A stretch of 64,000 nucleotides of DNA from an uncultured Gammaproteobacteria bacterium (GTDB lineage: Bacteria > Pseudomonadota > Gammaproteobacteria > CAWCPV01): positions 1-64,000 of the forward strand of contig CAWCPV010000006.1 of assembly GCA_963797555.1 (NCBI GenBank), read 5' to 3'. Shown here piece by piece: positions 1 to 9,232 of this stretch. How positions within the stretch are numbered: position 1 is the stretch's first letter; each line of letters starts with the position of its first letter. The position numbers and the translations under genes were made by a program. Under the pieces are notes generated by a model. The model did no database searches, was not told the origin of the DNA, and saw only the letters and a list, made by a program, of their open reading frames with translations.

Positions 1-79
1 GCGCGCCATGCTCTCGCCCCGCTCACGGCCATTTCTTCCCAAGCGCTGAGCGACGACGTCACAGAGCCGACGCCGTAGC

Positions 80-1453
80 TCACAGCAGCAACCGTCGGAT
101 ATCGGACAGCACCGCGTTCAAGTAGGTGATGAAACGGGCCCCGGCTGCCCCATCGATCACGCGATGGTCGTAGGACAATGCGAGCGGCAGCATCAGTCGG
201 GGGACGAACTGTCCGTCGCAATAGACGGGCTTCATAGCCGCACGGGCGACCCCCAAGATGGCCACCTCGGGCGCATTGATGATGGGGGTAAAAGCTGTCC
301 CCCCGATCCCGCCCAGGCTGGAGAGGGTGAAGCAGCCGCCCTGCAGGTCGCTTGGAGTGAGCTTACGCTCGCGGGCGCGGGAGCTCACTTCCCCCAGCCG
401 CACCGCGAGATCGAACAAGCTTAGCCGATCCACATCCCGAATCACGGGCACGACGAGGCCGTGGGGTGTGTCGACCGCGATACCGATGTGAAAGTATTTC
501 TTGAGGACCAGACTGTCGCCGGAGATCGACAGCGAGGCGTTGAACTCGGGAAACGCGCGCAGGGCCGACACCGCGGCCTTCATGAGGAAGGCGAGCAGCG
601 TGAGCTTGACTCCTCGCTGGCTGGCCTCGTCGGTCTGGGCCCGTCGAAACTTGTCCAGCTCGGTGATGTCCGCCTCATCGAACTGGGTGACGTGCGGGAT
701 CGCGATCCAGTTGCGGTGCACGTTGGCCCCGGACAGCCTGCGGAGCTTGTTGAGAGAAACGGTCTCCACCTCGCCGAATGCAGAGAACTCCACCTCCGGC
801 ATCGAAGGCACCGCCAGACCTGCAGCTTCGGGCGCCCGGGTTTGCCGGGTCAGCTCGGTCTTCACGAACGCCTGCACATCTTGCTTCAGAATGCGACCTT
901 TCGGGCCGGTGCCGGATACCCGCCCTAGATCCACGCCGAGATCGCGGGCGAACCGGCGCACTGCCGGGCTCGCATGGGCCTTGCCGAAAGCGCTCTCGTC
1001 GATGCCGGGTGCGGACGCCGGGACGGCCTCGCGAGACGGTTCCCCACCGCGGGCGCTGGCAAGAGCAAGAGCGTCGGGCCGCGGCGCGGTGGAGCGGTCC
1101 GATTTCTCTTCCTTGACTCGGCTCGCGCTCCGCTGCTCCGACGCTGGCGGCCGTGCTCCGGCGGAGGTGGGCTCCTGTGCGCTCGCTGCGCCCTCCGCGA
1201 CCTCTGCGACCTCTGCGACCTCCATTGCAACCAGCGGTGCAGCCTTGGAGATCCGGTCACCGACCTTGACCCTCACCTCGCGCACCGTGCCGTCGTACGG
1301 CGAGGGCACCTCCATGGTGGCCTTCTCGCTCTCCAGGGTTATGAGGGAGTCCTCCTTGGCGATGAGGTCCCCAGGGGACACCAGGACCTCGATCACGTCA
1401 ACGTCCTTGAAGTCACCGATATCCGGCAGCAGGACTTCCTTCAGAGCACTCAC
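80..1453 (-). CDS. aceF: Dihydrolipoamide acetyltransferase, E2 component of pyruvate dehydrogenase
   Basis: N-terminal lipoyl domain (EKATMEVPSPYDGTV), Ala/Pro/Glu-rich linker, C-terminal catalytic domain ending in the DHRVIDGA motif. Immediately downstream of the E1 gene on the same strand. Confidence 0.9.
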   Translation of the reverse strand: MSALKEVLLPDIGDFKDVDVIEVLVSPGDLIAKEDSLITLESEKATMEVPSPYDGTVREVRVKVGDRISKAAPLVAMEVAEVAEVAEGAASAQEPTSAGARPPASEQRSASRVKEEKSDRSTAPRPDALALASARGGEPSREAVPASAPGIDESAFGKAHASPAVRRFARDLGVDLGRVSGTGPKGRILKQDVQAFVKTELTRQTRAPEAAGLAVPSMPEVEFSAFGEVETVSLNKLRRLSGANVHRNWIAIPHVTQFDEADITELDKFRRAQTDEASQRGVKLTLLAFLMKAAVSALRAFPEFNASLSISGDSLVLKKYFHIGIAVDTPHGLVVPVIRDVDRLSLFDLAVRLGEVSSRARERKLTPSDLQGGCFTLSSLGGIGGTAFTPIINAPEVAILGVARAAMKPVYCDGQFVPRLMLPLALSYDHRVIDGAAGARFITYLNAVLSDIRRLLL

Positions 1454-1551
1454 CGTGGAGCCTCCAAGACGCTACTGGGGAGAGGGCGGGTCATCGTTCC
1501 GGAGCAGGTTCGAGAACGCGCCTGGTACGTGTCCGCGCGGGTCCAATCGTC

Positions 1552-4203
1552 CTACACCGTCGCGGGATTCGGCCTCTCCGGGTCGATCTGGTACCTGCGG
1601 ATGGCCTCGGAGACGCGAGCTGCAGGGAGACGTCCTTCGTCGGACAATGCCTTGAGTGCAGCAACCACCACATGGTGCCGGTCCACCTCGAAGAAACGGC
1701 GCAACGCCCTGCGGGTGTCGCTGCGCCCGAAACCGTCCGTGCCGAGGACCGTGTAACGCCTCGGCACGAAAGGACGGATCTGGTCGGCAAAGATCCTCAT
1801 GTAGTCGGTGGCAGCGATGACGGGGCCGGAGCGGTCACCGAGGCACTGCTCGACGTAGCTCACACGCGGGGCCTCTTCGGGATGCAGCGTATTCCAGCGC
1901 TGCACGTCGAGCCCCTGACGCCGCAGCTCGGTGAAGCTGGTCACGCTCCACAGGTCGGCGGCCACACCGAAGTCGTGTCGTAACAGCTCCGCGGCGGCGA
2001 TCACCTCCCGTAGGATGGCGCCGCTGCCGAGGAGCTGGACGCGGAGATCCCCCTCGCCCTCGCGCAGCCTATACATCCCCTTCAGGATGCCAGCCTCGGC
2101 CCCCGAAGGCAGGGGCGGATGGCTGTAGTTCTCGTTCATCACGGTGATGTAGTAGAAGACACTCTCCTGGTCCACATACATCCGGCGCAGTCCCTCGCGG
2201 ATGATCACCGCCAGCTCGTATGCAAACGTCGGATCGTACGAGAGGCAGTTGGGGACCGTGGATGACAATACATGGCTATGTCCATCGTCGTGCTGCAGGC
2301 CCTCCCCCGACAGCGTGGTACGACCGGAAGTACCCCCCATCAGGAAGCCGCGCGCCTGAATATCACCGGCCGCCCACGCCAGATCACCGATGCGCTGAAA
2401 GCCGAACATGGAATAGAAGATATAGAACGGGATCATGTTGATGCCGTGGTTGGTGTAGGCGGTCCCTGCGGCCATCCACGACGCGAAGGCCCCGGCTTCG
2501 TTGATACCCTCCTCCAGGATCTGGCCGCGTTTGTCCTCCCGATAGTACATCAGCTGATCGGCGTCCACCGGCTCGTACAGCTGACCGACGGACGAGTAAA
2601 TCCCCAACTGGCGGAACAGCCCCTCCATGCCGAAGGTGCGCGCCTCGTCCGGCACGATGGGAACGAGATAGCGGCCGATGTGCTTGTCTCGCGTGAGCAG
2701 GGCGAGCAAGCGCACGAAGGCCATGGTGGTGGACATCTCGCGATCTTCCGTGCCCTGGAGCAGCAAGTTGAACGCGGAGAGATCCGGGATCTGCAGCGGC
2801 TCCGCCGCTCTGCGGCGCGCCGGCAGACAGCCTCCCAGCGCTTGCCGGCGCTCCTTGAGATGTTGGATCTCAGAGCTGTCCTCGGCGGGCTTGTAGAACG
2901 GCGCACCCGCGATCGCGTCGTCGGAGATCGGGATGTTGAAGCGGTCGCGAAAGGCTTTGATGGCCTTCTCGCCCATCTTCTTTTGCTGGTGGGTGACGTT
3001 CTGGCCCTCGCCGGCCTCGCCCATACCGTAGCCCTTGACCGTCTTGGCCAGTATGACGGTGGGCTGCCCCTCATGCTTCACGGCGGCCGCGTAGGCCGCA
3101 TAAATCTTGTGCGGATCGTGGCCGCCTCGGTTGAGCCGCCAGATATCCTCGTCCGTCATGTTGGCGACCATGTCCAGCAACTCCGGGTACTTACCGAAGA
3201 AATGCTGCCGGGTGTACGCACCTCCTTTCACCTTGTAATTCTGGTAGTCGCCGTCGACCGCCTCTTCCATGCGCTTTAGCAGTAGCCCCTTGGTGTCTTT
3301 GGCGAACAGGGGGTCCCAGTAGGAACCCCAGATGACCTTGATGACGTTCCACCCGGCGCCACGGAAGTCGGCCTCCAGCTCCTGGATGATCTTGCCGTTG
3401 CCGCGAACCGGCCCATCCAGCCGCTGCAAGTTGCAGTTGATCACGAAGATCAGGTTGTCCAGGCACTCGCGCGGGGGCAGCGAGATCGCGCCCATCGATT
3501 CGGGCTCGTCCATCTCTCCGTCGCCGATAAAGGCCCACACCTTTCGGCCTTCGGTATTGAGGACGCCCCGGTCGTGCAGGTAACGCATGAAGCGGGCCTG
3601 GTAGATCGCCATCAGGGGCGTAAGTCCCATGGAAACGGTGGGGAACTGCCAGAAATCGGGCATTAGCCACGGATGGGGATAGGAGGAAAGCCCGCCTCCG
3701 TCCACCTCTCGGCGGAACCGGTGTAGCTGCTCCTCGGTGATGCGTCCTTCCAGAAAGGCCCGCGCGTAGATCCCCGGGGCGGAGTGTCCCTGGAGAAACA
3801 CCAGGTCGCCGCCGTGCTTCTCGCTGGGAGCGTGGAAGAAGTGGTTGAAGCCCACATCGAAGAGCGTTGCCGCCGAAGCAAAGCTGGCGATGTGGCCGCC
3901 CAGCTCCGAACTCTCGCGATTCGCCTGCACCACCATGGCCAGCGCATTCCACCGGATGATGGAACGTATGCGCCGCTCAAGGGCCGCATCCCCGGGCAAG
4001 CGTTCTTCCAGATGAGGCGGAATGGTGTTGATGTAGGCGGTCTTCGCACTATAGGGCAGGTAGGCGCCCGAGCGGCGTGCCTTGTCGACCAGCCTCTCGA
4101 GCAAGAAGTGCGCCCGTTCCGGACCCTCGTACCGGAGCACGGAATCGAGCGCCTCCAGCCACTCCCGAGTTTCCTGTTCGTCGACATCAGGCAGCGCAGC
4201 CAT
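1552..4203 (-). CDS. aceE: Pyruvate dehydrogenase E1 component, homodimeric type
   Basis: 883 aa. Length and N-terminal pattern (…DVDEQETREWLEALDSVLRYEGPERAHFLLERL…) are typical of AceE. Forms an operon with the aceF-like gene. Confidence 0.92.
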   Translation of the reverse strand: MAALPDVDEQETREWLEALDSVLRYEGPERAHFLLERLVDKARRSGAYLPYSAKTAYINTIPPHLEERLPGDAALERRIRSIIRWNALAMVVQANRESSELGGHIASFASAATLFDVGFNHFFHAPSEKHGGDLVFLQGHSAPGIYARAFLEGRITEEQLHRFRREVDGGGLSSYPHPWLMPDFWQFPTVSMGLTPLMAIYQARFMRYLHDRGVLNTEGRKVWAFIGDGEMDEPESMGAISLPPRECLDNLIFVINCNLQRLDGPVRGNGKIIQELEADFRGAGWNVIKVIWGSYWDPLFAKDTKGLLLKRMEEAVDGDYQNYKVKGGAYTRQHFFGKYPELLDMVANMTDEDIWRLNRGGHDPHKIYAAYAAAVKHEGQPTVILAKTVKGYGMGEAGEGQNVTHQQKKMGEKAIKAFRDRFNIPISDDAIAGAPFYKPAEDSSEIQHLKERRQALGGCLPARRRAAEPLQIPDLSAFNLLLQGTEDREMSTTMAFVRLLALLTRDKHIGRYLVPIVPDEARTFGMEGLFRQLGIYSSVGQLYEPVDADQLMYYREDKRGQILEEGINEAGAFASWMAAGTAYTNHGINMIPFYIFYSMFGFQRIGDLAWAAGDIQARGFLMGGTSGRTTLSGEGLQHDDGHSHVLSSTVPNCLSYDPTFAYELAVIIREGLRRMYVDQESVFYYITVMNENYSHPPLPSGAEAGILKGMYRLREGEGDLRVQLLGSGAILREVIAAAELLRHDFGVAADLWSVTSFTELRRQGLDVQRWNTLHPEEAPRVSYVEQCLGDRSGPVIAATDYMRIFADQIRPFVPRRYTVLGTDGFGRSDTRRALRRFFEVDRHHVVVAALKALSDEGRLPAARVSEAIRRYQIDPERPNPATV

Positions 4204-4871
4204 CGATCATCTCCCAGACCTCGAAATATCCGCCGCGACGCTCCTGAGGCGGCGGGAGAGAACACCCTTCCTTCCCTCGAGAGCGGGCGTACATGGAGAG
4301 CATGCAGCCCGCCACTGCCCAGTGCCAGGCACTTACCTCTGCAGCCGTGGGTAACGGACCGCCCGGCGATGCGGGCCTCTCCCCGGAAGAAAATCGACGG
4401 CCTTAGCCCTCAGCCCGCCCCTAAGTGGAATCGTCGTGCTCCGCACCCGACGGGCTCGCGGGAGACTCCGGGCAGGCTCCACTGGGTCCGGCCGAGCCGG
4501 CCAACTCGCGCTCGCGCTCCTCGATGAGCCTGAGGCAGTAATAAATATCCTCTCGGGTTCGAATCCGTGAGCGGATGCCTCATTCCCGTGGCCACCGCGG
4601 TATCCTCGACCACCCCCGCGAGGGCCTGCCTCACGGTTTGCATGATGGCAAGCTCCTTCGTCCACGGCTCCTCGCTCATGGGAACTCCCAGGCCCGCCAC
4701 CGCCATGCGTCTCGGAGCAGTGCAAGCGACCGACCCGACCCCTGCACCGCCAACGCCACCAACTCTGGCAGCGAGCTACGCCTTAGCTGCGCCATGCGAC
4801 CCGAACCAACCCGTACCTCTGCCTCAGAGCCAGTGGACAAAGCTGCTGCGCGTCCCGAATGGCGGCGTCGC

Positions 4872-5035
4872 GGTGCTCATGGCGCACCTCCCTGCACGCC
4901 ACCTCTTGGGGCGTCCCGCGGACGTGCCGAATGGCTATTCTGCCATGCGGTCGCTCCGCGCCCATCGACCTGCTGGGTTTCATCGCTGCGCTCGCGGGCT
5001 GCTCTCGACGATTTCTTTACCAGCTCTCAATCGAT
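4872..5035 (+). repeat. Copy A of a dispersed ~180-bp structured intergenic repeat family
   Basis: Shares the core GGTGCTCATGGCG(C/T)ACCTCCCTG(C/T)ACGCCACC…GGGGCGTCCCGCGGACGTGCCGAATGGCT.T.CTGCCAT.CGGTCGCTCC…GCGCTCGCGGGC…CGACGATTTC…GCTCT.AA.CGAT with copies at ~13.2, 27.0, 29.3 and 36.1 kb. Abuts the pycB stop codon. Confidence 0.6.
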
Positions 5036-6847
5036 CTCGAGCACCGCCTCATCTGGTACGACGCTGTCACCCTTACGCACGTGCACCGCCCGCACGGTCC
5101 CATCGCGCGAGGCGCATACCTGATATTCCATCTTCATGGCTTCGATGACGAGGACCGCATCGCCCTCCTTGACGCGATCTCCGGCGCTCACCAAGACATC
5201 GATCACCGTACCGGGCATGGAGCTGCTCACGCTGCCGGGACGCCAGCCCGCCCCGCGCGGTGGGTCACCGACAAAGCCCCTCGCGCTGCCGGGTGCGGCA
5301 CCCGTCAGGCGCTCCAGGACTACTTCCTCGGGCACGCCATCGACCGTCACATAGAATGAGCCGCCGTCTCGCGCCGCCGGACCCATCCCGGTAACCCGGA
5401 TATGGTAGGTTTCCCCATGCAGGGTTGCGTTGAACTCGCTGGGAACGGGTGCAGAGCCAGCGGCTTTGTCGCTTCGCGGGAGCAACGGCTCGGGCTGCAG
5501 CGCCCCAGAGGCGCGCTCTTCGAGAAATTTCCGGCCGACCTCCGGGAACATGGCATAGGTGAGGACGTCCTCCTCCGACTGCGCCAGGTCGCCGATCTCC
5601 TCCCGTAGCCGGCGCATCTCCGCTGGAATCCGATCCGCTGGGCGACAGGCGATCACCTCCTCACCCGCGCCGATGGCCAGCCCTCGAACCGCCTCGTTCA
5701 CCGGGCCCGGCGCGCGACCGTAGCGGCCTTGTAGATAGAATCTCACCTCATTGGTGATCGTCTTGTAGCGCTGCCCGGTGAGCACGTTGACCACCGCCTG
5801 GGCGGCAACTATCTGGGAGGTCGGCGTCACTAGCGGCGGGAACCCCAGGTCCTCTCGGACCCGCGGAATCTCGGCCAGCACCTCTTCCATCCGCTGCATC
5901 GCGCCCATCTCCTTGAGCTGATGGTCGAGATTCGACATCATGCCGCCCGGCACCTGACTGACCTGCACGCGAGTATCGGTGCCGGAGTAATCACTCTCGA
6001 ACTGGTGGTACTTCTTGCGGACTTCCCGGAAATAAAAGGCGATCTCCTGCAGCCGCGCGAGCGGCAGCCCCGTGTCGTACGGGGTATCGCGGAAGGCCAC
6101 GACCATGCTTTCGGTGGCCGGGTGGCTAGTGCCCCAGGCCAGCGGGCTGATGGCCGTGTCGACGTGCCGCGCCCCATTCTCCGCCGCCTTGTAGAGGCTG
6201 ACGTTGGCGACGCCGGTGGTGCTATGGGAATGCAGGTGGAGTCGGAGGCGCACCGCCTTCGACAGGGCGGCGAACAGCCGCGCCGCCGCCTTGGGGGTGA
6301 TGAGGCCGGCCATGTCCTTGATGCAAACGCTGTGGCAGCCCATACGCTCCAGCGCCTGCGCCTGCTCGACGAAATGCTCCACTGTGTGCACCGGGCTGGT
6401 CGTATAGCAAATGGCGCCTTGCGCGTGTTTACCCGCAGCAACCGCCGCCTGCACCGCGACCTCCAGGTTGCGCAGGTCGTTCATGGCATCGAACATGCGG
6501 AATACGTCCACACCGTTGCGCGCCGCCCGCTCGACGAACGCGCGCACAACGTCGTCGGAGTAATGGCGGTAACCGAGGAGGTTCTGTCCCCGCAGCAGCA
6601 TCTGTAGCGGGGTGTTGGGCAGAGCCGCCTTCAGCTTGCGCAGCCGCTCCCATGGATCCTCCCTGAGGAATCGCAGGCCCGCGTCGAAGGTGGCGCCACC
6701 CCATGCCTCCAGCGACCAGAAGCCCACCTCGTCCAGGTTGCCGCAGATCGGCAGCATATCTTCCGTGCGCATGCGGGTTGCGAGCAGCGACTGGTGGGCA
6801 TCGCGCAGGACCACTTCGGTCACCCTGACGGGAGCGGCCGCTGCCAT
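5027..6847 (-). CDS. pycB: Pyruvate carboxylase subunit B / oxaloacetate decarboxylase alpha-type carboxyltransferase with C-terminal biotinyl domain
   Basis: Carboxyltransferase TIM-barrel (VRVTEVVLRDAHQSLLATRM…) and a C-terminal biotin-attachment motif (EAMKME). Overlaps and follows the biotin carboxylase gene. Start likely at the internal Met MAAAAPVRV (6847); the track ORF extends to 6898. Confidence 0.75.
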   Translation of the reverse strand: MAAAAPVRVTEVVLRDAHQSLLATRMRTEDMLPICGNLDEVGFWSLEAWGGATFDAGLRFLREDPWERLRKLKAALPNTPLQMLLRGQNLLGYRHYSDDVVRAFVERAARNGVDVFRMFDAMNDLRNLEVAVQAAVAAGKHAQGAICYTTSPVHTVEHFVEQAQALERMGCHSVCIKDMAGLITPKAAARLFAALSKAVRLRLHLHSHSTTGVANVSLYKAAENGARHVDTAISPLAWGTSHPATESMVVAFRDTPYDTGLPLARLQEIAFYFREVRKKYHQFESDYSGTDTRVQVSQVPGGMMSNLDHQLKEMGAMQRMEEVLAEIPRVREDLGFPPLVTPTSQIVAAQAVVNVLTGQRYKTITNEVRFYLQGRYGRAPGPVNEAVRGLAIGAGEEVIACRPADRIPAEMRRLREEIGDLAQSEEDVLTYAMFPEVGRKFLEERASGALQPEPLLPRSDKAAGSAPVPSEFNATLHGETYHIRVTGMGPAARDGGSFYVTVDGVPEEVVLERLTGAAPGSARGFVGDPPRGAGWRPGSVSSSMPGTVIDVLVSAGDRVKEGDAVLVIEAMKMEYQVCASRDGTVRAVHVRKGDSVVPDEAVLEID

Positions 6848-6848
6848 C

Positions 6849-8315
6849 TCAGACCACCTCAACGGCCTCGCCGCAGTGTAGCCCTCGATCGCAGGCAATG
6901 GCCGCCGTGACGGCCGCTACGATGTGCGCCAACGGACGTTCGTGCGGATAGTCCGTGAGTTCCGGGTGCGCCTCCACGAATCCCGTGTCGAAGCGCCCCG
7001 ACCTGAACTCCGGGGTCTCCAGCATCCGCCGGTAAAACGGTATGGCGTGCCGAATCCCGTACAGACCCATCTCTCCTAACGCTCGACTGGCTCGAGCCAG
7101 GGTCTGCTCCCAGGTGCGCGCCCATACCGTGAGCTTCACGCACAGCGAGTCGTAGTGGGGAGGCAACTCATAGCCGGTGTAGATCTGCCCGTCGGTGCGC
7201 ACACCTGGTCCGCCAGGGCTGTAGTAGCGAGTGATCTTCCCGAAGCTGGGCAGAAACCCTTGCTTCGGATCTTCCGCATTGATGCGCAACTGGATGGCAA
7301 AACCCCGTCGCTCTATGTCGTCCTGTCGAACGCTGAGCGGTTCTCCGGCGGCGACGCGAATCTGCTCCTGGACGATGTCGAGCCCGGTAATCTGCTCGGT
7401 AACGGTGTGCTCTACCTGCAGTCGTGTGTTCATCTCCATGAAGTAGATCCGGCCCTGTTGGTCCAGCAGGAACTCGACCGTCCCCGCGTTCTCGTACCCT
7501 ACTGCGCGCCCCGCACGCAGCGCCAGCTCATACAACCGCTCACGTTGCGCGTCGTTTAGCTGAGGAGAAGGTGCGACCTCCACCAGTTTCTGGTGACGCC
7601 GCTGAATGGAGCAATCTCGCTCGAACAGATGGACGAGGTTGCCGGCGCTGTCCCCCAAGATCTGGACCTCGATGTGCCGGGGCCTGGGGATGTACTTCTC
7701 CAGAAACAGCTCGGCGCTGCCGAATGCCTTGGTCGCCTCGGACACCACGCGCCCGTAATTCTGCTCGAGCTCGGCCGCGTCCTTGCAGCGTCGGATCCCA
7801 CGCCCGCCCCCTCCCCCCGTGGCCTTCAACATCACCGGGTAGCCTATGAGCTGGGCGGTCTGCAATGCCTCCTCGGCGCTGGCCAGATTCCCGGGACTCC
7901 CGGGCACCACGGGCACGCCCGCTTGCGCCATGGCTCTGCGCGCCTCCGTCTTATTGCCCATGCGGCGGATAACCTCGGGGGAGGGACCGATGAAGATCAA
8001 ACCTCGGCGCCTGCACAGCCCCGCCAGGAGCGGGTTCTCGGCGAGGAACCCGTAACCGGGGTGCACCGCTTGGCAGCAGCTCGCCAGCGCAAGGTCGACG
8101 ATGCCGCGCGCATTCAGGTAGCCCCCCAACGGGTCTGCGCCGACGCTGTAAGCCTCGTCGGCCTTCTTGACGTGCAAGGCGTGGCGATCGGCATCGGAGT
8201 AAATGGCCACGGAGCAAACAGCCATCTCGGCGCAGGCCCGCATGATGCGTACCGCGACCTCACCGCGGTTCGCCACCAGCAGCTTCGTGATCCTGCCTCG
8301 ATGGCAGGTCAGCAA
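6849..8315 (-). CDS. pycA: Biotin carboxylase (pyruvate carboxylase subunit A)
   Basis: ATP-grasp biotin carboxylase signature (KLLVANRGEVAVRIMRACAEM…). The start codon appears to be TTG. Stop lies 1 nt before the pycB start. Confidence 0.8.
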   Translation of the reverse strand: MLTCHRGRITKLLVANRGEVAVRIMRACAEMAVCSVAIYSDADRHALHVKKADEAYSVGADPLGGYLNARGIVDLALASCCQAVHPGYGFLAENPLLAGLCRRRGLIFIGPSPEVIRRMGNKTEARRAMAQAGVPVVPGSPGNLASAEEALQTAQLIGYPVMLKATGGGGGRGIRRCKDAAELEQNYGRVVSEATKAFGSAELFLEKYIPRPRHIEVQILGDSAGNLVHLFERDCSIQRRHQKLVEVAPSPQLNDAQRERLYELALRAGRAVGYENAGTVEFLLDQQGRIYFMEMNTRLQVEHTVTEQITGLDIVQEQIRVAAGEPLSVRQDDIERRGFAIQLRINAEDPKQGFLPSFGKITRYYSPGGPGVRTDGQIYTGYELPPHYDSLCVKLTVWARTWEQTLARASRALGEMGLYGIRHAIPFYRRMLETPEFRSGRFDTGFVEAHPELTDYPHERPLAHIVAAVTAAIACDRGLHCGEAVEVV

Positions 8316-8421
8316 GAGGCCGCTCCGAGAATCACCCGCGGCGCCGAGCGGGAGGTCAGCGCCATGCCATGCCCTGCCCCTGGAGCGGCCGCCGTGCCGC
8401 GGCCCAGTCCTCGGCGGGCGG

Positions 8422-8901
8422 TCACACCTTTGCGCTCCACTGCGACGACCAATCGGCCATGGACTGCTGGGCCGCCTTGATCGCCTCTTCCCAGGCGTTC
8501 AGCACGCTGCGGGCCTGCTTGTCCCACAGATCAGCGCCGGCACCCCCGCTCGGCTGCAACTGCCTGAGGGTGCTGAACCAGGTTTCCCATAGCTGCTTAT
8601 GCGCCTCGGTCCAGGCGCGCATCATCTCGTGGGTGCTTCTGGCGTAGGACGCGGCCGGGTCCGACGTGCCCTTCGCCGCACCGAGGGTGTCTGCCCACTG
8701 GCGGGTCCACACTAGCTGTGCGTCCAGCGCCTGCTTGACGGCAATCTCCCACACCCCCAAGGCCTGACGATAAGCGCTGCCGGCATCGGGTCCCACGCCA
8801 CCAGGCGTTCCTTTGAGAGGCGCAATCCAGGTCTCCCATACCCGCTTCTGAATGTCCGCCCAGTCCTTCACTGCCTCTTCGGTCTGTTTGCTCCAGTCCA
8901 T
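8422..8901 (-). CDS. Hypothetical Trp-rich helical repeat protein (possibly phasin-like)
   Basis: Internal ATG at 8901 is preceded by a GAGGAG RBS. Contains repeated W-x3-W helical segments (WETW, WEIAVKQALDAQLVW, LWETWF, LWDKQ). No confident family assignment. The upstream 60 codons of the track ORF are probably not translated. Confidence 0.45.
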   Translation of the reverse strand: MDWSKQTEEAVKDWADIQKRVWETWIAPLKGTPGGVGPDAGSAYRQALGVWEIAVKQALDAQLVWTRQWADTLGAAKGTSDPAASYARSTHEMMRAWTEAHKQLWETWFSTLRQLQPSGGAGADLWDKQARSVLNAWEEAIKAAQQSMADWSSQWSAKV

Positions 8902-9232
8902 GACGCTCTGCTCCTCTGGGATGCTTGTCTGTGAGAGAGATGCCGGGTCCGACGGCACTCGACCCGCCAAGACCGCGGATGACCATCCTTCCTGCCGGAG
9001 GCACGGCCCGCATGAGTCGCTACCCGGTCCTCGGCTCGGGAGGTCGCCGATACGCGCAATGGGCCTGCCCGAGAGCAGGCGCATCCGGCGTTTTATAACA
9101 GTTCGAGGCGCGTTATGGCAACGGCGCCCGCCGACCCTGCTGCACCTGGACCACGACGGCCCCTTGGCGCCGGCCCACGCAGGCTGGATGCGGTGAGAAT
9201 CACGCGGGCCAGCGCCGAAGAAGCTGCGGCAG

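Noticed and set aside
501-1655. Long ORFs antisense to, or in alternate frames of, real genes. Examples: 501..1655+, 2272..3279+, 9725..11239+, 11261..12559+, 13942..14982-, 18384..19484-, 20158..21114+, 24359..25642-, 27185..28012-, 28055..29338-, 35467..36831-, 40492..42186+, 42669..44045-, 42728..44767+, 44064..45887-, 46761..48845-, 48955..50415+, 50099..52819+, 55686..56504+, 56419..57582-, 59092..61275+, 61348..62982+.
   Set aside because: High-GC genomes generate long stop-free antisense frames. These have Arg/Ala/Pro/Gly-rich low-complexity translations, no recognisable domains, and overlap well-supported genes on the opposite strand.
5027-6898. Carboxyltransferase-biotinyl gene as a Na+-translocating oxaloacetate decarboxylase alpha subunit (oadA)
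   Set aside because: No oadB or oadG membrane-subunit genes are adjacent. Instead it is translationally coupled to a biotin carboxylase, which favours pyruvate carboxylase subunit B.
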